From assembly GCA_963732365.1 (NCBI GenBank), contig CAVSZC010000005.1:1761748-1825747 (forward strand): DNA of 64,000 nucleotides, in the 5' to 3' direction. The notes beneath the pieces were generated by a model, which worked only from the letters and a program-made list of their open reading frames with translations, ran no database searches and was not told the origin of the DNA. Both the position numbers and the translations under genes were made by a program. Positions 9,077 to 16,962 of the stretch are shown here, piece by piece (position 1 is the first letter of the stretch; each line of letters begins with the position of its first letter). This DNA comes from an uncultured Bacteroidales bacterium (GTDB lineage Bacteria; Bacteroidota; Bacteroidia; Bacteroidales; VadinHA17).

Positions 9077-10150
9077 ATGAAAACAAAAATATTAATCACA
9101 GCCATTATCTCTCTTGCGACTGCCCCGTTTGCTGTCTCAACTGAGGCATCCGGTCAGCCCGGCGAGGCAGTGTACAGCCCTGGCGGTCAGCAGACGGTTG
9201 TAAGCAACTACTACAGCTCATACGGCTATGAATATTCTTCCCGCCTCAGGAGGTTCCACAACTCATACGTCACATTCGATTTCTATTCACCTGTTTATAC
9301 TGAGGTATACTGGTATAATTATACTCCCGGCGCATGGGGTGTTTCGATCTATGATCCATGGTACGGCTACAGTGCCTACTCACCATCATACTATACCGGC
9401 AGCGGTTTCGGAGGATCATACTGGTGGGGATACAATTCCTGGTCGTCATACGGCTGGAATTCATGGGTGGCACCGGCTCCCGGTCTCAGCATCAATATCC
9501 ATTTCGGTAACAATTCCCCTTATTACCCTGCTTATTATAACAGGTGGTACTCAGGCAGCTATATGAATTGTTGCTGTCCCGGGAGCAGCACCGGCAATAA
9601 TTATTATCCTTCACAGCCATATTCCGGAGGGAGCACCCCCAGATTCATAGTTACCGGTGGAAGGAGCTCAGGATCACAGAGCACGGCTACTTCAGGCAAC
9701 AGCGGGAATACGCAGGGGACTACCACCGGAGGAACTCAGGGGAGGGACAGCAATACCGGCGGTCAGGGAAATAATGGCAATCAGGGTAACAGCGGCAATC
9801 AGGGGAATAATGCCGGACAGGGAGGGAATGATAAAGACAAGAGCAATAACGGACTTCGGATGGGGCAGTACAGGAGAGGTGTTGCCGAACCTGTAACACC
9901 AAAACCCAACGAACCTGCAAGGACAAATAATCCAAACGTGAATGACCGCACCAACCCGGGAAGAGATAAGAGCAATAATACCAAACCAAAAGAATCAGGC
10001 ACAGTATCACCGGAAGGGACAGTAACACGTCAGCAGACCCAGAGTAGTGTTAAGACCAGCCGCAGAAGCCCGGCAGAATCATCAGAAACAAAGTCTTACG
10101 GTGATGAAAACAGCCAGAAAAAAAGCTCATCTTCAGGCAGACGACTATAA
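9077..10150 (+). CDS. Secreted low-complexity protein (Tyr/Trp/Ser/Gly-rich N-half, Gly/Asn/Gln/Thr/Ser-rich C-half)
   Basis: The signal peptide is MKTKILITAIISLATAPFAVSTEASG. An aromatic-rich block follows (YYSSYGYEYS...SYWWGYNSWSSYGWNSW...YYPAYYNRWYSGSY). Then comes a disordered GQGNNGNQGNSGNQGNNAGQGGN tract. A strong SD-like AAGGGAGG lies 6 nt upstream of the ATG. Confidence 0.7.
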   Translation: MKTKILITAIISLATAPFAVSTEASGQPGEAVYSPGGQQTVVSNYYSSYGYEYSSRLRRFHNSYVTFDFYSPVYTEVYWYNYTPGAWGVSIYDPWYGYSAYSPSYYTGSGFGGSYWWGYNSWSSYGWNSWVAPAPGLSINIHFGNNSPYYPAYYNRWYSGSYMNCCCPGSSTGNNYYPSQPYSGGSTPRFIVTGGRSSGSQSTATSGNSGNTQGTTTGGTQGRDSNTGGQGNNGNQGNSGNQGNNAGQGGNDKDKSNNGLRMGQYRRGVAEPVTPKPNEPARTNNPNVNDRTNPGRDKSNNTKPKESGTVSPEGTVTRQQTQSSVKTSRRSPAESSETKSYGDENSQKKSSSSGRRL

Positions 10151-10220
10151 TATTTAAGGAAACCTTAACATTGGTACGGTATTTGTATTATTGTATTGAA
10201 GACAACAACAGGAGGGTAAG

Positions 10221-11711
10221 ATGAAAAATCTATTGTACATAATCCCGGCAGTACTTGTAATAACAAGTTCATGCTCGTCGCTTCTCACAACGGGAGAGAC
10301 GAATGACGACCTTTACTTCAGCCCCTCTGATGAAAAGGTTGCCGTTGCTGAGACCGCAGTGCCGGCCACTGGCAGTGACCAGATCTATTATGACAATATC
10401 TTTGCTTCAGATACACTTGTAGCAGACGATTATGTTCCCGGCGCAGAATATGCTGCCCAGTACGGGACGGGAACTGAAGCCACAATAGTAAATAATTATT
10501 ATGGCGGAAGTGCTGCTGAAAGGGTCTACCTCTTCAATGATGGTATTTATCCTTACTGGAATGAACCATATTACTCACCATTTTCATTAAGCCTGTCATT
10601 CGGGATAGGCTACGGCTTTGGAATGGGCTTTGGCTATGGATATCCTTACTATCCATACTCATATGGATGGTATGACCCGTTCTGGGGTTATCCCTACTAT
10701 CCTTATTACGGTTATCCCTACTATCCGTACTACGGTTATGGTGGCTATCCGTATTATGGTTACGGAGGGTATCCCTGCTATGACTGCAATGACTATGACG
10801 GCAGCGATTATGTTGCACGCAGGGGAGGTTACAGCACATCACGAGGTTACACAACCAGTGACACAAGAAATAATAAATCATCCTATACCACTGCAGGCAC
10901 CAGTTCTGTCAGCAGGAGGACAGGCGTACCTGCCAGTTCAATGACCCAGACATCATCAGGAGCGGCTGGTACAGGGTCAGCAGCAGTCTCAACATCGGGA
11001 ACCAGGAGAACTGCCACACCAGCAGGTGCTGCTGAAAGATCTGCTTCCGGGTACAATAATACAACCCAGTCCCAGTCATATACCCGCCGTGATGCCAGTG
11101 GTGCCGTAGCTCAGAATAATCCTCAGTCGCAGTCACAGACACAGTCTGCCAACAGGTCGCAGTCACAGTCTCAGACGCAGACTCAGAGCGGCACCAGGCC
11201 TCAGTATCAGACCCAGAGCGGAACCAGACCTCAGTATCAGACCCAGAGTGGAACCAGGCCTCAGACACAGTCACAGAGCGTCAGCAAGCCGCAGTACCAG
11301 ACTACTGAGCGGACCTATACTCCCAGCTACAATAACCCGAAAATGAGCTCAAGGCCTTCATATAACAACAGCCGCAGCACCACTCCCGGAACCAGTTCCG
11401 GCAGCAGTTACAGCACTCCTGCCAGGAGCAACACAGGGTCAAGTGTGCAGACCAGGAGCAGCGGGTCAGGCAGCAGCGGGTCAAGCTACTCACCTTCGAG
11501 ATCGTCATCGGTACAGTATTCTGCACCTGCACGCAGCAGCTCTTCAGGCTCGAGAAGCTCTTCATACTCGGGAGGCAGCTCCAGCAACTCTTCATCGGGA
11601 GTTTCAAGATCGTCTTCATCAGGCTCTTACAGCTCCGGATCATCTTCATCAGGTTCATCCTCCTCATCAAGCGCTACTTCTTCATCAGGCGGTGGCGGAA
11701 GGAGAAGATAA
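10221..11711 (+). CDS. Lipoprotein with (G)YPYY repeats and a long Ser/Thr/Gln-rich tail
   Basis: A lipobox-like signal is present (MKNLLYIIPAVLVITSSCSS). The aromatic block reads GYGYPYYPYSYGWYDPFWGYPYYPYYGYPYYPYYGYGGYPYYGYGGYP. It also carries three QSGTRPQYQT-type repeats and a poly-Ser C-terminus ending GGGGRRR. An SD-like AGGAGGG lies 4 nt upstream. Confidence 0.7.
   Translation: MKNLLYIIPAVLVITSSCSSLLTTGETNDDLYFSPSDEKVAVAETAVPATGSDQIYYDNIFASDTLVADDYVPGAEYAAQYGTGTEATIVNNYYGGSAAERVYLFNDGIYPYWNEPYYSPFSLSLSFGIGYGFGMGFGYGYPYYPYSYGWYDPFWGYPYYPYYGYPYYPYYGYGGYPYYGYGGYPCYDCNDYDGSDYVARRGGYSTSRGYTTSDTRNNKSSYTTAGTSSVSRRTGVPASSMTQTSSGAAGTGSAAVSTSGTRRTATPAGAAERSASGYNNTTQSQSYTRRDASGAVAQNNPQSQSQTQSANRSQSQSQTQTQSGTRPQYQTQSGTRPQYQTQSGTRPQTQSQSVSKPQYQTTERTYTPSYNNPKMSSRPSYNNSRSTTPGTSSGSSYSTPARSNTGSSVQTRSSGSGSSGSSYSPSRSSSVQYSAPARSSSSGSRSSSYSGGSSSNSSSGVSRSSSSGSYSSGSSSSGSSSSSSATSSSGGGGRRR
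10686..10781 (+). repeat. 4 x 24-nt in-frame tandem repeat encoding GYPYYPYY-type units
   Basis: The units are ggttatccctactatccttattac, ggttatccctactatccgtactac, ggttatggtggctatccgtattat and ggttacggagggtatccctgctat. Confidence 0.85.
11184..11268 (+). repeat. About 2.8 x 30-nt in-frame tandem repeat encoding QSGTRPQYQT
   Basis: The units are cagagcggcaccaggcctcagtatcagacc, cagagcggaaccagacctcagtatcagacc and the partial copy cagagtggaaccaggcctcagacacag. Confidence 0.85.
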
Positions 11712-11790
11712 ATTTACCTTTCAACACATTGATTAAATGTTCCGCAAATGCAGGAGCAAGAGGGATCGTATACCAAAAAATACCCGTCAA

Positions 11791-13293
11791 ATGAAAAGGA
11801 TAAGAGTAATAATAGCTTCAGCACTTCTGCTTCTTCCCCTCCTGGTGAGCGGACAGAACATGGATGATGTGCTGAGATATTCGAGGTTGTTTTACCAGGG
11901 TTCGGCTCGCTTCAATGCCATGGGAGGCGCATTCACCTCGCTTGGCGGAGATATATCGTCAATAGCCATTAACCCCGCCGGAGCTGCCGTTTTTCGCTCT
12001 ACAGAGTTCTCCGTCACAACCAATATGCTGTTCCGCAAGACGGAGACAACATATAACGGATATTATTCAAACTACGACATAAATGAATTCAACCTCGGCA
12101 ACGCAGGGATTGTTGCGGCAGGAACACTGGGCACTAATTCAGGACTTGTAGGGCTGAGTTTTGCTTATACCTATAACCAGACAAATGATTTCAGAGAGTA
12201 TGCTGTCATTGAGGGTATAAGCGGTGCCAGCTCCATGACTGACTACTGGGCAGCAGGGGCAGACGGATACAATACATGGGAGCTGGTAGATTATACGTCA
12301 GCTCCGTATATGGCGTATGAGGCATGGCTCATCGATACCCTTTCGGGCAGCTTTACCGAGTACGCTTCAATCTTTTCATATTACGGCGATATGAATCCGG
12401 AGTACGGTCAGCGTACCAGGCGGACAATAGACAACGGAGGTTATACCGGTGACCATACTATTGCCTTCGGTGCAAACATCTCCAATATATTGTATGTCGG
12501 AGCCGGATTCGGTATTCAGGCCATGCAATATACCGGACACTATCTTCACAGTGAAGAGGATATTGATAACACTGTTCCCGACCTGGTCTACTTTAACTAC
12601 ACAGACCATTTTGATGCATCCGGAACAGGATGGAATTTCAAAGCAGGTATCATAGTCAGACCCATAGAGAGCCTTAGACTGGGATTCAGTTTTGCAACAC
12701 CTACGGTCTATAAAATTGATGAGGTGTTCTACAGCAACCTCTCAGCATTTCTCGACAATGACACTCCCGGTGACAACAGTGATGACGCTGATCCTCTTGT
12801 TGAGCAGAGTCCGCTGAGCTATGCCTACCGTATTACCACCCCCTGGAGGTTTGATACAGGCCTTGCACTGCAGATTGGGAAGATTGCCCTGATAAGCGCT
12901 GACTTTGAATTTGTTGATTATTCAAAGGCTTACCTGAGCTACGGTCTTGACGGTTACAACTTTTTTAGTGAAAACGAGGAGCTGAAGTCAGAACTGAAGG
13001 GTGCAGCTACATTTAAAGTGGGAGCAGAGGTACGCTTTGGGTCTATCTACGTGAGAGGCGGCGGCGGCTATACCCAGTCGGCTTTCAGGGAGGGCACTCT
13101 CAATGAAAACAGTGATTTTGTGAATTTCAGTGGCGGAATAGGCTACAGACAGAAGAACTTCTATGTAGACCTTTCGGTTGCAGGCCAGCTAAACAGCGAG
13201 GAATATATGATGTATCCCGATGCATGGCTTGAACCAACATATATAGATAACAGAGACATAAACGGAGCACTTACGATTGGTGTTAAGTTTTAG
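11791..13293 (+). CDS. FadL/OmpP1/TodX-like outer-membrane beta-barrel protein
   Basis: I trimmed the start to MKRIRVIIASALLLLPLLVSGQ (signal peptide). The conserved N-terminal plug-like motif is GSARFNAMGGAFTSLGGDISSIAINPAGAAVF. The body has alternating beta-strand pattern and the C-terminus ends in an aromatic residue (LTIGVKF). Confidence 0.5.
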   Translation: MKRIRVIIASALLLLPLLVSGQNMDDVLRYSRLFYQGSARFNAMGGAFTSLGGDISSIAINPAGAAVFRSTEFSVTTNMLFRKTETTYNGYYSNYDINEFNLGNAGIVAAGTLGTNSGLVGLSFAYTYNQTNDFREYAVIEGISGASSMTDYWAAGADGYNTWELVDYTSAPYMAYEAWLIDTLSGSFTEYASIFSYYGDMNPEYGQRTRRTIDNGGYTGDHTIAFGANISNILYVGAGFGIQAMQYTGHYLHSEEDIDNTVPDLVYFNYTDHFDASGTGWNFKAGIIVRPIESLRLGFSFATPTVYKIDEVFYSNLSAFLDNDTPGDNSDDADPLVEQSPLSYAYRITTPWRFDTGLALQIGKIALISADFEFVDYSKAYLSYGLDGYNFFSENEELKSELKGAATFKVGAEVRFGSIYVRGGGGYTQSAFREGTLNENSDFVNFSGGIGYRQKNFYVDLSVAGQLNSEEYMMYPDAWLEPTYIDNRDINGALTIGVKF

Positions 13294-13307
13294 TTGGCAG
13301 ACAGTTA

Positions 13308-13943
13308 CTACTGGAGATCCGGGGACCTCAGCAGAAATGCCAGGGTCCCTGGTCCGTTATTGAGCAGCACGTCAATGATGCTGAGCCGTGGAACAAACCC
13401 GTACTTCTCTCTGAAAACCTGGATATATGGCATATCAGAGTAATCCTTTATTGACGATGGTCTTTTTGGGGTGATGAGATACCTGTAATCATTGATGGCA
13501 TCTTCCTGTGGCTGAAACTTGTCCGTGAAGGATATCTCCGCATTGATCCCGGCGGCCCCGCAAACAGCTGAGAGGGCTTCAGTATTGAGATCAATAAGAA
13601 ACCTGAAAGGTCTTCGGATAACACCCTCAATTGCATCAAAATAATATTCAAAAAAAGGGGCAGTGGCGCAGGCTGAGATGATGCTGCGCAGGTGATGATC
13701 CCCCCATCTTCGTGAGTTATCTATTTCCAGTTCCTTAATTGCGGTCTTGTGGAATGAGCCCCGCAGCACCGGGACGGTAAGTGTCAGCGGTCCGTTTGCT
13801 CCGAGTATCACACATCTGTTACGGTAGGTCTGTTTCAGGAAATTCTCCCATTTTTCTATCCTGACAACAGGGTTATGTGCTATAAGGCTGAAGTATTCTG
13901 CAGGAGGAAAATATGCAGTGGAGAGAATGACTGGCTGTTGCAT
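13308..13943 (-). CDS. WbqC family protein (function unknown)
   Basis: The pattern YFPPAEYFSLI...IEKWENFLKQTYRNRCVILGANGPLTLTVPV...RRWGDHHLRSI...APFFEYY matches my recollection of the WbqC-like family. The start is only 6 nt after the larB stop. Confidence 0.7.
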   Translation of the reverse strand: MQQPVILSTAYFPPAEYFSLIAHNPVVRIEKWENFLKQTYRNRCVILGANGPLTLTVPVLRGSFHKTAIKELEIDNSRRWGDHHLRSIISACATAPFFEYYFDAIEGVIRRPFRFLIDLNTEALSAVCGAAGINAEISFTDKFQPQEDAINDYRYLITPKRPSSIKDYSDMPYIQVFREKYGFVPRLSIIDVLLNNGPGTLAFLLRSPDLQ

Positions 13944-13949
13944 CGTAAA

Positions 13950-14699
13950 TCACATCCTGTTGATCCTGCTGGCTGAGAAGCCAGCTCCGAAGCCGTTGTC
14001 GATATTAACCACAGTGACACCTGCCGCACAGCTGGTCAGCATTGCCAGGAGGGCAGATATCCCCTGGAACGAGGCTCCGTAACCGATGCTTGTCGGGACT
14101 GCTATCACCGGCATGTTCACAAGACCCCCGACGACGCTGGCCAGTGCTCCCTCCATACCGGCTATGACAACCGCCACCTTGCATCCGCGTATCTCGGGCA
14201 GCTTGTCAACAAGTCTGTGTATGCCTGCCACCCCGGCATCGTATATCCTTAAAACATTGTTTCCCAGCAGCTCAGCCGTGACAGCGGCCTCCTCCGCTAC
14301 CGGTATATCTGAGGTCCCTGCCGTGATAACGGCTATCCTGGTGGCAGGAGGAACCAGAGCTTTCCTTTGCAGGCTTATGATACGTGCCACATCATGATAG
14401 ATCGCAGCCGGGAAAAAGGGGCTTATATACTCAAACAACTCCTTTTCTGCGCGTGTCCCGATGATGTTGTTCTCATGCTCCTGCATCACTGAGAAGATCC
14501 CCCTTACCTGTTCATGCGTCTTCCCGGCACAGTAGACTATCTCAGGATATCCGGTACGCAGCTCACGATGATGATCAATACGGGCAAACCCGAGATCGCT
14601 GTAGGGGAAATTACGCAGCTTCTCCATTGCCTCATCAACACTCACTGATCCGTCACTAATCCCTTTAAGTATCTTTTCCAGTTCTAATGCATTCATCAC
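13950..14699 (-). CDS. larB: Nickel-pincer cofactor biosynthesis protein LarB (NaAD carboxylase/hydrolase, PurE-like)
   Basis: The PurE-like core is IAVITAGTSDIPVAEEAAVTAELLGNNVLRIYDAGVAGIHRL...VVIAGMEGALASVVGGLVNMPVIAVPTSIGYG. The N-terminal extension is typical of LarB. Confidence 0.85.
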   Translation of the reverse strand: MMNALELEKILKGISDGSVSVDEAMEKLRNFPYSDLGFARIDHHRELRTGYPEIVYCAGKTHEQVRGIFSVMQEHENNIIGTRAEKELFEYISPFFPAAIYHDVARIISLQRKALVPPATRIAVITAGTSDIPVAEEAAVTAELLGNNVLRIYDAGVAGIHRLVDKLPEIRGCKVAVVIAGMEGALASVVGGLVNMPVIAVPTSIGYGASFQGISALLAMLTSCAAGVTVVNIDNGFGAGFSASRINRM

Positions 14700-14700
14700 T

Positions 14701-15504
14701 TTAACTAATTTTGTTCATACTGCCGCTGCGGTAACCCTCCAGATCAATGGTGATATATCTGTAGCCCAGCTCTTTTAAACCTGACACAACCTTCTCTCTC
14801 ACCTCACCTGAGATTATCCCTGACAGCTGGTCTCTCCTAAGCTCTATGCGTGCAATATCGCCGTGGACCCTTATGCGTGAGGCTGTGAAACCCATCTTTG
14901 CGAGCAGCAGCTCTGCCTTTTCAGCCTTTCTCAGTTCATCAGCAGTGATTATTGTATCATGAGGGAAGCGTGTCAGAAGGCATGAGTTTGACAATTTCTC
15001 GCTTATCCCGAGTCCTGCTGCACGGGCCAGTGCCCTTATCTCTTCCTTGGTCAGTTCTGCTTCCAGCAGCGGACTTCTGACCTTCTGTTCTTCCAGGGCC
15101 TTCATTCCGGGTCGGTAATCATTTACGTCATCTGCATTTGTGCCGTCGAAGATCGTCATAATGTTTTCCTCTGCCGCAACTTTTCTGATGGCTTTAATGA
15201 CCACAGTTTTGCATAGGTAGCATCGTTCAGGAGGATTCCCGGTTACCGACTCAGGTATGCCGAAGGTGATCTCCCTGTGCTGCATCCCTATACTCCTGCA
15301 GAACTCTGCAGCCTCGCTGACCTCAGACGCAAACATATAGGGTGTATTGACCGTTACAGCCATGAACCTCGTACCATCGACCGCGGAGGCGACACTGGCG
15401 AGAAAGCTGCTGTCTGTACCTCCCGAGAGTGCTATTACAGCTGACCCGACATCAGACAGTATCTCTCTTAACTTGTTATGTTTCTCACTCAGGGTCATCG
15501 TCAT
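14701..15504 (-). CDS. larE: ATP-dependent sacrificial sulfur transferase LarE
   Basis: It has the PP-loop ALSGGTDSSFLA, the conserved Cys region ERCYLCK, and a C-terminal FRVRHHG-like RIRVHGDIARIE. It overlaps the larC stop by 4 nt (ATGA). Confidence 0.85.
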   Translation of the reverse strand: MTMTLSEKHNKLREILSDVGSAVIALSGGTDSSFLASVASAVDGTRFMAVTVNTPYMFASEVSEAAEFCRSIGMQHREITFGIPESVTGNPPERCYLCKTVVIKAIRKVAAEENIMTIFDGTNADDVNDYRPGMKALEEQKVRSPLLEAELTKEEIRALARAAGLGISEKLSNSCLLTRFPHDTIITADELRKAEKAELLLAKMGFTASRIRVHGDIARIELRRDQLSGIISGEVREKVVSGLKELGYRYITIDLEGYRSGSMNKIS

Positions 15505-16808
15505 TTTGTTATAAGGGTGATAATCTCATTCATGACCTGTTTCATGGGAATGCCCGTCTCGGCTGCAATGGCGGCACAGCGGTCAGCTTCAGGTTTGGCG
15601 GATACAAGACGGCCATTGAAAAAAGACTTCTTTATCATCACCCGGCCAAACCTGGTCTCTATCTCCTCAAGCTCACGGTGCAGGGTCTCCTTTGTAAAGT
15701 GAATGATTCTCAATCCTATTGTTGTTGATTCGCTGAAAAGAATCTCTCTTATTACGCTTATCTGTTCTTCTTCACAGATAACGCTGATGGTAAAGGCAGG
15801 CCTACCCTTTTTCATTATGACCGGCGTAAAGAAGACATCTCTGGCACCTGCGTCAAAGAGTCTCTGAGAGACGTATTCTGACAGTTCAGGATTCATATCG
15901 TCAACATTGCATTCGACGAGGACAGCCTGGTGTCCTGAGCCTGACACTTCAGCTGTCTCTGCCATGAATACCCGCAGGATATTGGGCCGGGAGGGATTGT
16001 TCTTCTGCCCTATACCGTATCCTGTTGCCTCTATATTGAATTTCAGTCCGTCAGGTGCCGGACTGGCCAGAGCAGCAATGATTGCCGCACCTGTCGGTGT
16101 TGTGGCCTCAAAGTCAACTCCCCCCGTGTGAACCGGCAAACCGCTGATGATTCTTGCTGTGGCAGGAGCAGGGACGGGAAGAAGCCCGTGTTCACACCTT
16201 ACCATTCCGCTCCCGAGCTCAATGGTGTTGACATATACCTTTTCAACTCCAAGGGCGGTGAAGCATATTGCAGAACCCACAATGTCAATAATCGAGTCAA
16301 TGGCTCCTACTTCATGAAAGTGAATCTCATTTACAGGCTTGTTATGCACTGCTGCTTCGGCCTCAGCAATCACTGTGAAGATTTTCATTGCCAGTGCCGT
16401 GACATTATCCGGGAGTCCGGAGCCAAGAATGATCTTCTCTATATCTCCCAGGTTCCTGTGAACATGGTCATAATTCTTATGGCTGTGGGGCTGGGGCTGG
16501 TGATGGTTATGCCCGTGATCATGGCGGTGGTCAGCACCGTGGCCGTGGTCGTGGCCATGATCGTGATCATGATCATGATCATGATCACGATCATCCGGAC
16601 TGACAGATAGCTCATCTGTTATGACCGTCACCTTTGTTCCAGCGATGCCGTGCCTCTGGTCAGATGTAATCTCCAGCCTCCAGCCGCTGATATTCAGTTT
16701 CTGCAATCCGCTGAGCAGTTCATCCTGGCTAACCCCCAGGTCAAGCATGGCTCCCAGGTTCATGTCACCGCTTATCCCGGAAAAACAGTCATAGTATAAT
16801 ATCTTCAT
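15501..16808 (-). CDS. larC: Nickel insertion protein LarC (single polypeptide) with internal His/Asp-rich tract
   Basis: The N-terminus MKILYYDCFSGISGDMNLGAMLDLGV is DUF111/LarC-like, and there is an internal His-rich region. I preferred the ATG at 16808 over the one at 16829 by comparison with typical LarC N-termini. Confidence 0.85.
   Translation of the reverse strand: MKILYYDCFSGISGDMNLGAMLDLGVSQDELLSGLQKLNISGWRLEITSDQRHGIAGTKVTVITDELSVSPDDRDHDHDHDHDHGHDHGHGADHRHDHGHNHHQPQPHSHKNYDHVHRNLGDIEKIILGSGLPDNVTALAMKIFTVIAEAEAAVHNKPVNEIHFHEVGAIDSIIDIVGSAICFTALGVEKVYVNTIELGSGMVRCEHGLLPVPAPATARIISGLPVHTGGVDFEATTPTGAAIIAALASPAPDGLKFNIEATGYGIGQKNNPSRPNILRVFMAETAEVSGSGHQAVLVECNVDDMNPELSEYVSQRLFDAGARDVFFTPVIMKKGRPAFTISVICEEEQISVIREILFSESTTIGLRIIHFTKETLHRELEEIETRFGRVMIKKSFFNGRLVSAKPEADRCAAIAAETGIPMKQVMNEIITLITK
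16479..16595 (-). repeat. His/Asp-rich coding tract of larC, including a (GATCAT)n microsatellite at about 16564-16594
   Basis: It encodes DDRDHDHDHDHDHGHDHGHGADHRHDHGHNHHQPQPHSH. The plus strand reads gatcatgatcatgatcatgatcacgatcat. Confidence 0.9.
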
Positions 16809-16962
16809 CACGTTCAGCTTTTTTAACATTCATATGGTCTGAGCCTCCATTGCCCGTGAGCAGCGCTCTCAGGCTGCTAATATAAGAATAGAGAAGCTAT
16901 ATATTGAAAAAAATTGTAATTTGCACCCTCACATTCTGGGGTAACAGAAATCATTGACGGGT

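Noticed and set aside
9228-11736. Alternative-frame and antisense ORFs within the two low-complexity genes (9228..9566, 9720..10028, 10534..10881, 10618..10944, 10909..11274, 11302..11670, 11443..11736)
   Set aside because: Repetitive, biased sequence keeps several frames open. Only the frames with a signal peptide or lipobox and upstream SD-like sites are plausible.
16479-16610. Periodic short repeats that could superficially suggest a CRISPR-like or non-coding array
   Set aside because: The period is 6 nt with no spacers, and the tract lies in frame inside larC, encoding its His/Asp tract.
15501-16829. Checked whether larC is split by a frameshift into larC1 and larC2, as in Lactobacillus plantarum
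   Set aside because: A single uninterrupted ORF covers both parts, so no frameshift or pseudogene is indicated.
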